Source: Antedon mediterranea
Taxonomy: Eukaryota > Animalia > Echinodermata
Assembly: GCF_964355755.1 (NCBI RefSeq)
Contig: NC_092673.1
Span: 25,479,648-25,543,647 of the forward strand
Length of the DNA stretch: 64,000 bases
Direction of reading: 5' to 3'
Below the pieces are notes generated by a model. The model was given only the letters and a program-made list of their open reading frames with translations, did no database searches and had not been told where the DNA came from. The position numbers and the translations under genes are program-made. How positions within the stretch are numbered: position 1 is the first letter of the stretch; the number at the start of each line of letters is the position of its first letter. Of the stretch, positions 1 to 13,148 are shown one piece after another.

Positions 1-197
1 CAACTGTGGCGTTCCATACAAATGACGATATTAAACAGGCGGCCGCTTTGGTTGGTGGCCGCTTCGACCATACTCCTTTCAAAATCCTTGATCTGCCACT
101 GCTGTGCCTTAAGGATTTAATATTAGTATATACAAGTGCCATAATGCCATTTGTTATTTATATTTCTTACTATTTTGACTAAATTTAACATTTCCAG

Positions 198-3100
198 GAA
201 TGAAATGCAAATATTGATCCCACCCAAGGAAAAAGAAAAGGTACACAAGGCAAAAATTAGGTAAGAAATTAAGCTAAAACCACTGATTTGAATGAACAGA
301 CATTATTAGGCCTAAGTATGTGTTTATTTCTCGGTATATTATTAATAGCTGCTATATTGTACTCCATGCTCTATAATCCTAATAGTCCTATTATAAAATT
401 AAAACTGACTATACTAGTACATTGAATATTGATTATGTAAATTTAAATCACACAAGGTGTGTGTATATATTGATTTTGTAGCTGTAACTGTAATTCATTT
501 AAACACGTTAAACTGACAAATTAACTACAATTTTACATCAATATCATTGTTCATGACAGCAGTTCATGATGGCTGTACTCAACAAATGTACTGTAATTTA
601 TTTATTTTGGAACCACCCCAATCAGTGGTCGGTGTATTCACTTTATTTACATAAAAGGAAATATTATGTATAAAACAGAAAATTATTGGTTCAAATATTG
701 GTTGGGGCTGCTTTTTCTCATTCTCATAGATTTATCCATCCTTTTCTTATAACAAACATCTTTAGTACTGTATATCACTGGATTGTTTACACTTTAACAC
801 TACACAAATATCATCATCAAACAAAATTTAATTTCTTTTACTTTCAGTGCACAAAAACCATGGCAACAATTTCAGAGCGGGATTACAAAGGACTTCATGT
901 ACCCAAAGGATGCTCCCTATATGCAAGATCTGTTAGACTATTTAGCCCATACTGAAATAAAAGAAACTCGCCTGTTTAAAAGTGGTAGTCAGTTTAAATT
1001 GCTTTTTCTTTTTGCTGATGGTAACACTGGGCTTGTAAAACCTCAGAGGTGAGAATATTTGATTTGATTGGTGGATTGTGTGTCACATGATATTCACTTC
1101 ATTGAGCCCATGCAGCATCAAGAGTAAAATAGTTTGTTATATGCGAGTCCAAACTTTTACTATGCGCATTCATTCTTATTATTTTGTTTATATTCATGTA
1201 AATGAAACAAATATTTATATACAGGTATTATATTTGGTGAAAGATAAAATATTCTTTTTTCGCCTCATGAAAATATTTGTACCATTGCACTTATAAAACA
1301 TTCATTATTTGTATGCCTTTTTCTTGTTCTTTTATGTCTTTGTTGAGAAATGAATTATCTTGCCTTTTATTGCATCATTGTTTTTGTTTCATGCAGAATG
1401 AAAATAAATGAAATTTATCCTTATACAAATGAACATCCATTTTGGCTGGACCCGGAAAGACACAGTGCTGAGATTGCATCATTTCACCTTGATAGGTACA
1501 TTTTTGTATATATTTTATTTCATCTCATATTCAATTACTGCATTCACTCAGATGATGGAGCTATTATTTATAGCTCCGTGCTCAGATGAGTTATGTGGGT
1601 TTTATCAACAACAGGATGCTGAGCTCCGGAGATCAAAGGGTTTATTTGTGGCTGCAACATGATCAGTTACACAGTCCTTATCAGATACCGCGCGCAGCCG
1701 ATATGTACATAGTAATGTACATTACTGTTGGTATTTGTCGCAGCCAGACGTAAGATCAAAGGACTGTTACAAGTTCCTATCTTGTCAAGGCAAGCTCAGT
1801 AATCTGTTGGATTTGTTAATGATCGGGTTGTTTGTAATAGTATTGTTTTTTACCTGTCAAACTTTTGAATTTTAAGTTTTTGTTTACCTCATTTTATTTT
1901 ACATGTACTTTAGAATATTAAATTTCCGTCGCAGTGTTCCTATTGCTGGTCGAAGAATAAACATGACTGAAGACATTATACAAAAATGTGATGACAAGGA
2001 ATTTTTAGATACATTCATTAAAAAAGGTTAGTCCATTATGGTACAGGGATGTTCTAGGAACGTTTTACTTTTGTATCTAATCCCTCCCTCTGGAGAGCAC
2101 TGGCTATTGTCTGTTTATCGAGGTAAGCTAGCACTCATAGAATACTAGCACCACTATTGGTTTGTGTAGTTTTGAATACTATGTTTCTAGATTATTATCC
2201 CCAGAACAAGAAAGAGTTTAGTAAGTTTTTGTTGTTATTACAGTGTTGCTCACAGACTTTAACAATAAGCATTAGGAAGTTGAAATATGTTTTTATGAGG
2301 TAATTAAAGTTTTAGAACTCTCGGACCAAAACGAGTAGAGATTCCCACATGGACAGACAGACAAACAAACAAACGGGAATATTTATCAATGCACTTTATC
2401 TTGTAGATGGAAACCTGTGTTTCATTGGAGTATGTGTTCCATGGTTTTGCAATGAAGATCGTGCGATGTGTGGTGTAGAGGAGATTATGGAGGTATCTGT
2501 TTCACAATTTCTACCACAGGCTCCTAAAAGTAGATATCCCGTATTTGACAGACCGTATCCATGGAGTCAGGGAATTAAAGAATCGAAAGTGTAAGTTTTC
2601 ATAATAGTTTTTATTCGTTTTTTTTTCAAATTTATATTTACAACAAACGCTGTGTGGAGACTGAAGTAACTACAAAGTGCGCAGGAGCAAATTGTAGATA
2701 TACTGTAGTGGTGTTGTTAGTCGGTTAACATCTAATACCCAGTTCCAGGGTTTAATCTAGGCTCAGAGTTTGGCAGGGGCCATGGTTGTGACTGAAGTTC
2801 ATGCTTAGATTGTAGTGAGTCGCTCTTTTTCTGAATGGCATGCTGTCCCTCGAAATTTGATCCATTTTCTAAATTCTCCAATTTCAAGAGAAAATAGTAG
2901 AATAAAGCTACATTATTAATTAATATCAAAACAAATATAATTCTAAAAACCTTCCTTGTGGGCCCGAAACACGTCATCATACAGTGTTCATGTTTTCAAC
3001 TCCATGGCGGGGGCTAAACAAACTTTATGAGCCAAAAAATGTGACGTGCCCATATAAACTCATATCACTACCATATTAGGGCATATATCACCATATTTGG

Positions 3101-4998
3101 GCACATCACACTGATAGTGTAGACAGAGCTTTACCACAATATTTTTGATTTTTTTATTGTAAGATGGAAGGGTGCAAATGTATGTGATGATGTATTTAAG
3201 GTAAGATTTAAATTTATATATACATAATATCAAATTTTCTATTTCTGTTTTGAGACTTTCTTTTTGAATAAATGTTATTGGTAAATAAAAAATGTCGTAA
3301 AGAATAATATATTATGATAATGATATATATCAACAGCTGTAAAATATAGTTATGTGCAAGTCTGAAGTCAAACAATTGATTGTTATATACGTCGGCATTG
3401 ATAATTTAAAACGCTGCCATAAAAGGTTAAAGTTGGCGAATTTGTGACTTAATTTCTTTGGTGGCAGTCTTTTTTATATAAGTAATATGTATTATGTGGA
3501 ACAAATGAAATAATAATGATGAATAATATTAAAGAAATATTACACAAAAGAAACTGGAATCGCATAACAGCATGAACACATTTTTAATTGATTATTTTCT
3601 ATACTTCCAGGGTTTACAAAATGGTAAAGATCGTGCATTTTTAGATCTTATTGACTTAGGCATATTTGACTTTCTCATAGGTAAGTCCGTCATAAAATAA
3701 TAAACAAGTAATGAATGATTATGAGTTGAATGGGAAAATATATTCAGGAGTTGAACCTTTGACTTTTCTATTCAACAAGGTAGAACTCAGTTGGATAGCA
3801 AAATGAGGCTTCAATGAATGAAGATATTCTCCCCATTCAATGAACGCAAAACATTTATTATCTATTTTATCAGATGTAAAAGTATATACTTGCCATTTTT
3901 ATCTCCGACCAGTATAAATAATATTACTACTAGTTAACAAACGTTTGATTCGTTGTTTTTTGCCTAGTCACAAACCACACCCTTTCATTTATAATCAAAC
4001 AAATTACTACCTTGTTTTCAGTGAACTATGATCGCCACCACTACTCGATGTTAAGTCAATTTAAAAACGAAAGCTTTATAACTCTGCTGGATAATGGGAA
4101 AGGCTTTGGAAATCATAAGAAGGATGATATCACATTTCTAGCCCCAGTATATCAGTGTTGCAAGTAAGTGTAGAGGGCATCCAGGGATAAAAGGGTATTT
4201 TACATTGATGTTCGAACCGTGCCATAACAGGGTGTGAAAGACCCTTAAAAGCAAACAGAGGGAGAACATTATGAATTCAGAGAGAACAAATTAGTGGTTG
4301 GGGGAGGAAAGCACTGCCAAATTGTTTTGCAGGCTGATGATGACCCCACTTTGTTGTTTTGACCCAAGGAAGTACTTCTACCAGTATGAAGTTTAATTAA
4401 TGACAATGACAAGAAAGAGCTACAGATTAATTTTAAATTAGGTTCTCCGCTTGATTGAACATATAGTGTGTATAATTGATCAGACATGAAGAATATTATA
4501 CAATATGCAAATAATATTTTATCCACTAACAATAAAATATTAAACAAATAAGGAATATTTATGATTTGAGTGTGAAAAACATCTTTATGAGTATAACATA
4601 TATTACCCACAATCCTTGAGAATGATACATATTGTAGCATGTGATACAAAATCAACCAATCAAATGACAAGGATTTGCTTGGATTGATAATACTTTTGTG
4701 TTAGGCTTCAAGTATATAATGCTCCTCATTATAATAAAAAAAAATTATCATCTGATTATAAATTTGTTTTTGTTTTAGAATTCGTAGATCTACTTACAAC
4801 AGACTAACAGAGCTTTCACAAGACAAAAAAAATAAACTGAGCACCCTAATGCGTATATCATTGTCACGAGATGTACTGTCGCCCGTCGTCAACGATAAAT
4901 TTTTGGAGGCTCTTGATCGGCGAGTCAAACAAGTGTTAGAAACTGTACAAACCTGTTTATTGGACAAAAATAGAGAAAGTGTTCTTATGGATGGGTAG
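198..4998 (+). CDS. FAM20C-like secretory-pathway (Golgi casein) kinase, paralogue 1; 5'-incomplete, multi-exon
   Basis: GT-AG exons in continuous frame: 198-260, 848-1048, 1397-1495, 1914-2026, 2407-2590, 3164-3200, 3611-3680, 4022-4163, 4779-4998 (TAG). FAM20 motifs: SGSQFKL..GLVKPQR, ERHSAEIASFHLDRILNFRR, CFIGVC..C..C, DLIDLGIFDFLIVNYDRHHY, LDNGKGFG, LAPVYQCCKIRRSTY, LEALDRR. The signal-anchor first exon is not on this strand within the window. Confidence 0.92.
1605..1815. mobile_element. Non-autonomous TIR element (MITE); related copies at ~55140-55350 and ~58300-58380
   Basis: Inverted ends CAACAGGATGCTGAGCT...AGCTCAGTAATCTGTTG. Internal motifs (TGTGGCTGC.ACA.GATCAGTT; CAGCCAGAC..AAGATCAAAGGACT) recur at 55.2 kb, and the first also at 58.35 kb. 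Confidence 0.65.
3019..3130. mobile_element. PIF/Harbinger-like MITE family 1 (TIR AGCTCTGTCTACACTATCAAAC), left end missing
   Basis: Shared core GTGATGTGCCCATATA..CATATCACTACCATATTTGGGCACATCACA and right TIR GATAGTGTAGACAGAGCT followed by TTA. Confidence 0.75.
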
Positions 4999-6594
4999 CA
5001 AAGTATTATTGAAACTAATTTCATGTTAAGTATTAGTTTTTAAATTAATTTTTATTAATAATTTGAAGCCCTCATTTGTATATTTAGGTGAATACGTTTA
5101 TGTCTAACAAACAATGGGCCATAAGAGATTCAGCGCACTCTATAGCTATTGGCTGAACGTGAGCTAACAGGTCACTAAAAAATTCCACTGCATGACATGT
5201 TCTAATTTATTATAATATGTCACTGCGCGCAGTATAGCGTAGTAAGTAGTTATCCAATCAAAAATACTAAAGGCTTTATTGTTATTAACCAGTACTATTG
5301 ACCTTATTTGGATGCCTGAATTCTATTTTTTTTATAGTAGTAGAGTAGATGATTTATTTGTTTAATTTAATATATTTAAAATATTTATCTATGACCCTAT
5401 TTACACTCACAGTTGTGTCCTGGCCCGCTCTAGATTTAGATAGTCCAGATTTAATTGTTTTGGTTCGATCCAGCGTGTTTACACTGCCATTAGCCACTGT
5501 TCATTTCATAAGCTTGCCCAAACGTAAAAGCCACTCCTAAACCTATCTCAAGAGGTGGTCCAGCCCTGGGCCAACCCAAATCGTAAGTGTAAATTGGTCT
5601 ATTTCATTATCTAATTTATAGAAACGTTTAAAAAAAAATCTACCTTGGTTTACTATTTTTAGTATGAGTAATGTCTCATTAAAGTGCAATTTCTAAGTCC
5701 AGGTCCATTTTTTGTGATATACTGTATTAATTTTTTTAAATAAATAATGCATCAATTGTACTTTTTTCATGCATTCAATCAGTTAAAATTCAGAGTAGGA
5801 CACTCCAGTAATAATTGATTGCGATAGGAATACAGTATTTACTAAGTTTATTATTTTAATTGAGAATTACTCAAAATAAGCACTGTTACATTGATATTAT
5901 ATTTTGATATTATTATAATTTCCATTTTTAAAATCATTATTATGTTACAAAGGATTAGATTTGCAGTTGTTTCACCTTTTTTTTAAAAGAAGTATTTAAT
6001 TATTGGTATAAATTAACAAAAAAGTGCCTTATTTTATTTTTATTCGTAGTGATTTAATTCATCAAATTTTGCACAAAGACCTGTGCTTTTTAGAAAAATA
6101 AAATTATTCCTTATCATTTTTTTTTATTCGACTACTTAAAGTTGAAATAAAGATTGAAAATGAGTTTTCGTCTTTGGTTTGTTTTTCACTTTTTATACAA
6201 TATCCAGAAAAGTTGTTCTCAACCCCATGATTGGTTCACTTTTTTATCTTTGGTTCTTTGGTATCAACCGTTAACCATATACCTGTACAAGATAATTTGT
6301 TAGTTATAAGTTATTTATAAGGAGAATGTGCTTATTTTGTATTAGTGAAGTATTTCTTTTAATTATTAAAATAATTGTGTGAATACATATGTATGTTTTG
6401 ACATCAAATATATATAGTAGGATCCCCTCCTTCTGAACACCTCTATACTAATATCCTGGATTTATATAGTGCCTAGTGTTGTGAAAGCGCTGAACATTAT
6501 TACCCCATTCATTTTATGGGATTAAAAACGTATGGAAACATACTCCCATAATGCAGCTAGTAATCAGCGCAAATTTGTGGAGACACCTCTATTA

Positions 6595-6735
6595 AGGCCC
6601 ATTTACATAGACGAGCGGTAACGGTAATAAAAATATACAATCTATGTTATTCCTTATGACCATTTACACACAACGCGGACAGATTCATATAAAAAGCTAC
6701 GCGGTTTTCCGCTTACCGTTACCGCTCGTCTCAGC
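6595..6735. mobile_element. MITE (end AGGCCCATTTAC..AGACGAGCGGTAAC); related copy at ~29870-30006
   Basis: Inverted AGACGAGCGGTAACGGTAA / TTACCGTTACCGCTCGTCT. The copy at 29.9-30.0 kb shares internal sequence and ends GTTACCGCTCGTCTGAGTAAATTGGCCT. Confidence 0.65.
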
Positions 6736-7016
6736 TTAAACAATGTATCCCCTTAAACAAAAATAGACCATTATTTATCCTTCATATTCTACCACGTCAT
6801 ATCGCAGACCTGCTGTGTGTGTATAATAACGTCAGATAAATTAATAAAGTATTGTTCTATCTCACAAATGGTGGGATGGCGCGTTAATTGTAAAGTTACG
6901 CAACACGTACCATCTGTTTCAACGACGTACAATAAACCTGTAACATCCACTAAGCAAATACACTTTTTTACTCATAAATCATTTCTCAACGTGTAAATAG
7001 TTTGGATACTATTGAA

Positions 7017-10000
7017 ATGTTTAAAACTAGGCTTCTTATTTGTTTAGCGATAGTAGTTACGATTTATATCCAGTTTAAGTTTATTCAAATCAGCATTCAA
7101 AGTCATAATGAAGGGAGTGGAACAAACGAAGTGCGTCATCAAGGAGTTGATAAAGTGTTGTTAAACGCATTACGTGTTTCATCTAAAATGACACTAAACA
7201 GTAGGGTAACAGCCCCTCCGGTGGCATATTCGACTATGTTCGGTAATCTTCGGAAGAACTTCAAAAAGTATCACTCATCGTCTTCGAGAACATTTGATGA
7301 CTTTGGGATAAGGCATATGTCTGCTGAAGAACCATCAATGACAACCAGGTAAAGTAGAAGACTATAAAGTTTTGTCTCCACTATCAACCTAGTTTGACAC
7401 AAAAGTGTGATTTGCCCAAATATGGCAGTGATTTGACCAAATATGGCAGTGATATGACATCATCATGTCCATATATGGGCACATCACATTTTTTTTGTCG
7501 CATAAAGGTTGTAAATAGAGCTTAATATGTGAAAATTCATTTTAATGTGTAAACATAGCGTTTTGTCTTATGTAGGTTCGACCAACTTTTATTACATTAG
7601 AGCACACGGTAGCCCAAGTTTAAGATTATGACAGAATGAGTGTAATAATACTTCTTTCACTTTGTTTGGTGGTTATTACTGTTATTTATTATTATTATTT
7701 ACTATTTCTAAATGTACAGATTAAAACAGCAGACAGAGAAAACGTTGCCTCCATATAAGTTATTTAATCAGCGAATTGGAATTGGAGGCAAGTTATATCA
7801 AGATAAGTTTGCAGACGATATATGGAACCTGGAGCGCAGTTTACTGGAATCGAATATCGTTGCCGTGAAAATTCCGACATCAGGAACACAACTGAAATGG
7901 GAGTGTATTCTAGAAAATGGCAATCACGTGCTTGTTAAACCAATTCGGTAATTATTAATTATACACGTGTTAAAACAAAACACAATAGAATAGGTAGGCA
8001 GGCCTATAATGACGTATATAAATCCATTTTTAGTTTTGATATTTTTGTTATTATATTAACAGATCTAGAAGAGACTTTATGACTGGAAGAGATTGGATAG
8101 GAGATATTGAAAGACATACCTCAGAGATTGCAGCGTATCATCTAGACAGGTGTGTTGACTATCAGCTTTTTTTGCCGTCGTCTGCCCCTCTTGAAGAGAA
8201 AGGGAAGATATCCCTAAGTTTCCACTGCCATAGTGTCTCTGTAGTGTGCTGAGAGGTGTGTATGTGGTGTAAATAAGTAACTTACTTTCGTCTCTACTTC
8301 TCTACTTAATAATATGTACGGAATGTTTTCTCTTTGGTTATTGTCTTAATATAATGTCTTATATATTACTTAAACTATCTGATTTAATTGTTGTTTTTAT
8401 TGAATTAAAATGATTGGCTCTAATTTAGAATTATTGGATTCAATCGAGCACCGGTAACAATTGGAAGAACTATCAATATTACTGGCGAATTCCGTGATCT
8501 TGTGAAAGACGAAGCCTTTCTCAACACATTCTCGATTCAGAGTAAGTGTGTAATTAATACATAGAAAAATATGCAACCTTAAAATAATCAAATAAAGCTC
8601 GCATGTCTACACTATCAAACTTTAGTATGTGACACAAAATGTGATGTGCCCATATATGGACATGATGATGTCACATCACTACCATATCTGGACATCACAA
8701 CCATATTTGGGCACATCACACTTTTTTTTGTCAAACTAGTTACATACAGATAGTGTAGAGAGATTGTTTGCGGCAGGAAGAACCATTCTGGACCAGAAAG
8801 AACCCTATTCAATGAATCAATCAATCAGACTTACATAGCGCCGGTATCCATAAAATAATGTTCAAAGGCTCATTTCATTCAAAACATTTAAATCAAAACA
8901 TTTAATTCAAAACATTTCGTTCAAAACATTTCATTCAAAACATTTCATTCAAAACATTCATTTCAAAACATTTCATTCATTAACATTTTATTCAAAACAT
9001 TCAATTCAAAGCATTCAATTCAAAACATTTCATTTATATCGCGTCATAAAATTCATATAATTGAAATGTTGCGTAAACGGCATTCCATAGTTCTGTGTAC
9101 AAGTGAGTTTTCAGTCGTATTGTAGAATAAATATAAATTCAAAGTTCGTATACAGAACCTCTGATGATAAGGTTTTTCGAAGAAGGATGTCTTTGATAAG
9201 ACGTATAGACCTAATTGCATATCAATTTTAATATTAATAGATGATGAATATTGTTTCTACGGCGTGTGCCAAGGTCCTTTCTGTAAACCAAGTAAGTTGA
9301 TCTGTGCAGTCAATGGATCGCTCGAGATTTCTATGACTACGTACGTGTTCAAGCCGTGGCACGAGGAAGTTAACCCTTGGACATTCAATCCAGATCGTAT
9401 TAAAATGTAAGAATAACTGTACTATTTGTTTTTATTGTTCTTCTCCTTATTGTCTCTTTTTCTTACTCTTGCTCTTAAATAAGCCATTGACTCTATCTGA
9501 GGTATAGACCATCAAAACTGCTTTTCTTCTGTCCATTGTTTTGTATAATTGTTATTACTATCAGGCTGCGTCCAGATACACGTGTATTTTGAGTAACTAA
9601 ACGGATGCACAAAAGTGCAAATTAGTTGACTGTGTAAAATGTGATTTTCCTTTATTTATTTATCTTACACAGATGGGAAAATAGAAATATCTGTGACGAG
9701 GTACTTTTGGTGAGTTTCTTAATTTAATTTTATATATACATATAACTTAGAACTAATTCTTGACATTGACAACGTCTTGGTATACAGCTCAGGGCTGTGT
9801 TTAGATTCGAACGCAAACGAACTTATTACATTAAGCCTGCTTGCTAATTTTGTGATAAATATATTTATATAAAAACGTAAACCATATTATTCGTTTTGTT
9901 TTAGAACGAATTTAAGTCTGAAGAACAAGCTCTTCTCAACCTGATTGATTCATCCATCTTGGACTTTCTTCTCCGTAAGATTATCAATTGTTTGTTAAGT

Positions 10001-11257
10001 GTACTGTGGTATGTACACGTTTCAAAAAGATCTTTAAAAAAAGTTCTAGACCTCCATGGTAGAGGACCATAAAAACCGGACCCCTTCCTTTTAAGAGGTC
10101 GAAGAATATTCACAAGACATCATAATATATTGTTGATTGATTGACTTATTTCAACAATATTTTACGAGGGTGGTCCATCCAATTTTTACCATTGCTTATA
10201 AAATTAACAAACTCCAAATACATTAAACACATTCTATATTTTGCCTTGTGTTTATTGTTGCATTCAATGTTCATCATCGTCTATCGTAGTAAGCAATGTA
10301 AATTTTGCTTGACTCAAAATATGAAATGTATTTTACGGTCTACTGTACTTTTATTCTCCTAAGGAAAATATAATATTTTGATATTTACATATATATTACA
10401 ACAGGCAATTACGACAGACATGCTTACGCCTATTTTGCTGACCTGGGAACGTCGGCAATGTTTCTACATTATGATCACGGGAAATCGTTTGGAAATTTCA
10501 CAGATGATGACGTACGGATTTTAGCCCCACTTACACAATGTCAACGGTAGGTTTTTACTAGGAGCTTTCAATTTGCGACCGCCAGGACGGGCATAGGAAG
10601 AGACCGCGACGCATTATGGACATGTCGTTAGTATTCTTCTGGACCACTAATATAACGGCTTGGTTGGGTCCCCACTAGGTCGCAACACAAGCGTGTTGAC
10701 CAATTACAGGCGACAGTTCGATCCATCGCTTGTGATGGTCAACTAACTTACGTTGCGTTACGTCCTTGTGTTGCGTAGCTAGCGTGGGAACCAATCCGCG
10801 CCAAACTATGGGAGAGATATCAAGCGAGGGACGTCACTGTATGCGCACATATTAATTAACATGATTTACTAACTAGGTCCTCGTAAAATAGCCAAAGATA
10901 TTACTGATTAGAAAATGAGAAAAAATGTTGACTGCTGAGTGTACAATAATTGATAAAATGGATATTATGATATAGATAAATGATATTTATAAATACAAAC
11001 AGAAATTTAACACGTCTATTCTATTTCAATGTCGCTTTCCTTTTTATCTCTTAACTAGAATATCAAACCAAACCTGGACACAATTAAGTCACCTGGCGTC
11101 AAATAGAAAACTTGGAGCTTTGATGAAGGCTTCATTAAGACGTGATTCTTTAAACAACATCCTTAGCGATGGACACTTTGAAGCGCTTGACCGCAGGCTT
11201 GATACAATAATGCTAATATCTAAATACTACCGCAAAGTGGACAATGGGAATATGTAG
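7017..11257 (+). CDS. FAM20C-like secretory-pathway kinase, paralogue 2; complete, 9 exons
   Basis: Exons 7017-7348 (MFKTRLLICLAIVVTIYIQF signal anchor), 7720-7947, 8063-8149, 8429-8541, 9241-9406, 9673-9709, 9905-9974, 10405-10546, 11059-11257 (TAG). Motifs SGTQLKW..LVKPIR, ERHTSEIAAYHLDRIIGFNR, YCFYGVC, ILDFLLRNYDRHAY, YDHGKSFG, LAPLTQC, HFEALDRRL. Kinase-domain intron positions and phases match paralogue 1. Confidence 0.92.
7368..7522. mobile_element. Harbinger-like MITE family 1 copy
   Basis: Reverse-orientation copy with degenerate TIRs and TAA flanks, in intron 1 of FAM20 paralogue 2. Confidence 0.75.
8596..8762. mobile_element. Harbinger-like MITE family 1 copy
   Basis: TGTCTACACTATCAAAC...GATAGTGTAGA ends and the shared core. 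Confidence 0.75.
8810..9035. repeat. L2-type 3' tail (minus strand) followed by a 14-bp tandem repeat (CAAAACATTTCATT)n
   Basis: The reverse strand of 8810-8870 reads GCCTTTGAAC...GGCGCTATGTAAGT(TGAT)n, resembling the L2 tail at 34.5 kb. About 11 degenerate 14-bp units span 8875-9035. Confidence 0.65.
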
Positions 11258-13112
11258 GGGATCAAACAATGAATAATAGAATGTATATTTATTTTGTGTA
11301 TTCTTTATATAAAATGTCATCTATATCATATATCATATGTTTAGGTCTAATTTAGTAGCAAATGAAACAACAAAATAATGTCCGTGCACCCGGGATTTCA
11401 TTCATGAGTCTCATGCCTTGGTCTGAAACTGAAAGAGTCCCAGTGTCACCACATATTATCTATTTCCTTATAGGAATATTTTAGTAATATACAGCATCTC
11501 ATTTATGTATCACATGTGGTGTCTATATCATGTAAGGTTAGGTTAAGGATTAGGTTACTATTGAAACACATGTGATGTTGTATTACCAAATATATCTATG
11601 ATACGTCGGAAATAGATAATACAGTACCGAGAACCGGTCGAAGAAATGGGTTTACACTAACCGTAATGATTAGTCAATGTACGTGGTTTTATTCTCTTTG
11701 TAATGATTATCTTTATAAATTGTTAATAAAAGCATTTTTATAATCTATATAATATTATACATCATGAATCTGAATATTTATTTCATATTGTATTTACACC
11801 ATATGCCTAATCAATTCAATCTATTAAATACCATTATCATTTTTAATAATAAAGGGACGAGATTCGGACTTAATTATTACAGATTTTAATTCATTACATG
11901 ACACATCGCCATCAATTTCGCCACCAGGTTGACGTACATGATATTCAAATTGGATCAATATTCAATGACAAACCAGAGACTAAATTAAGTAATTTCCGTT
12001 ATAAATTATGCGATAACAATTGCTCTTCATAATCATAAATAGAAAATTGGAACTTCAACTGATGCAATTATCGATCTTTACAGTACAAAGAGTATAGTCG
12101 CGTGTATAGGCCTACTTTCCGAGTTTAATTCAGTGCTATTAGAGAGCACACTTTAACTGCATGCCATTTTCCCAACTTGCAGTATAATGGACGAGGTTTA
12201 GGCCGACTTATTTTAGCCTGTTTGCATTCCCCCTATACAGACCCATTCACTAAATCTCAACAACGCCCCTATAAAGTATTTGCCCGCGAGCCTTTTCTAT
12301 TCATATCCTAGTGCTTTATTAGTACGGTACTATAATTGCATGCTTAATTATATCGTATAGCAATTCAAATCAATTCACAAACTATGAAGTAGTAATGCAA
12401 TTTCTGAACAACCATATCTACGGCCATGTGTGACGTATTGTCTTTTATTTCATTCACTCCAACAGAATAGGCCAAAATCAGGGAACAGTGAAATTAAATT
12501 TGTCATTTACTTTTCCCTGCTAAAATTCTATAAATACAGCGATAAATCTATTCTTTCTGTCTTATTATAATATGGTGTAGTGGTTTTGGTTCAATAAGAA
12601 TTGACTACATGACTCACATAACCTTATTTAAACCAAAATGTATCATACACATGAAATTTTAAATGTACACAAAATATAATAAGACTATATCTATATATAA
12701 ATATTACATTTTCAATATATATATCATATTCTAAAATGTGTATACTCCTAATTATATATTTTATTTACAATCATCTTTACATAGATGTGGAGACAATTAA
12801 TTGAACCAAATTGTCATACTGCACAAATAAATGTTGAAACACCGACACACGTTTATGATTACACGTTATGATAGCAGCCATTATCATCTGAAAATCAACA
12901 TATTATTCATATCTTAACAACATAGGAAAGACGATTAAGCCATTTGATAAATATGATATTCAATAGAGCTAAATAAAAATATACATCAAAACCAGAATAT
13001 ACAGCAGACCATGGAATTGAATTGAATTGATTCATTCGTAAATTAGCCGGGCTTAGATAGACCTAAATGATAACATTTAAGAAACAGTTTAGATGATTAC
13101 GAATAGTTTAAC

Positions 13113-13148
13113 CAGGGAAGAGTTAAATTGTAATTTAACTCTTTCCTG
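13113..13148. mobile_element. 36-bp palindromic micro-MITE with 7-bp target duplication
   Basis: GTTTAAC-[CAGGGAAGAGTTAAATTGTAATTTAACTCTTTCCTG]-GTTTAAC. A related element CAGGGAAGAG...CTCTTCCTTG lies at 48601-48643. Confidence 0.7.

Noticed and set aside
4269-5024. Minus-strand ORFs at 4269-4670 and 4794-5024
   Set aside because: AT-rich intronic composition or antisense shadow of the last FAM20 exon; no recognisable domain or splice support.
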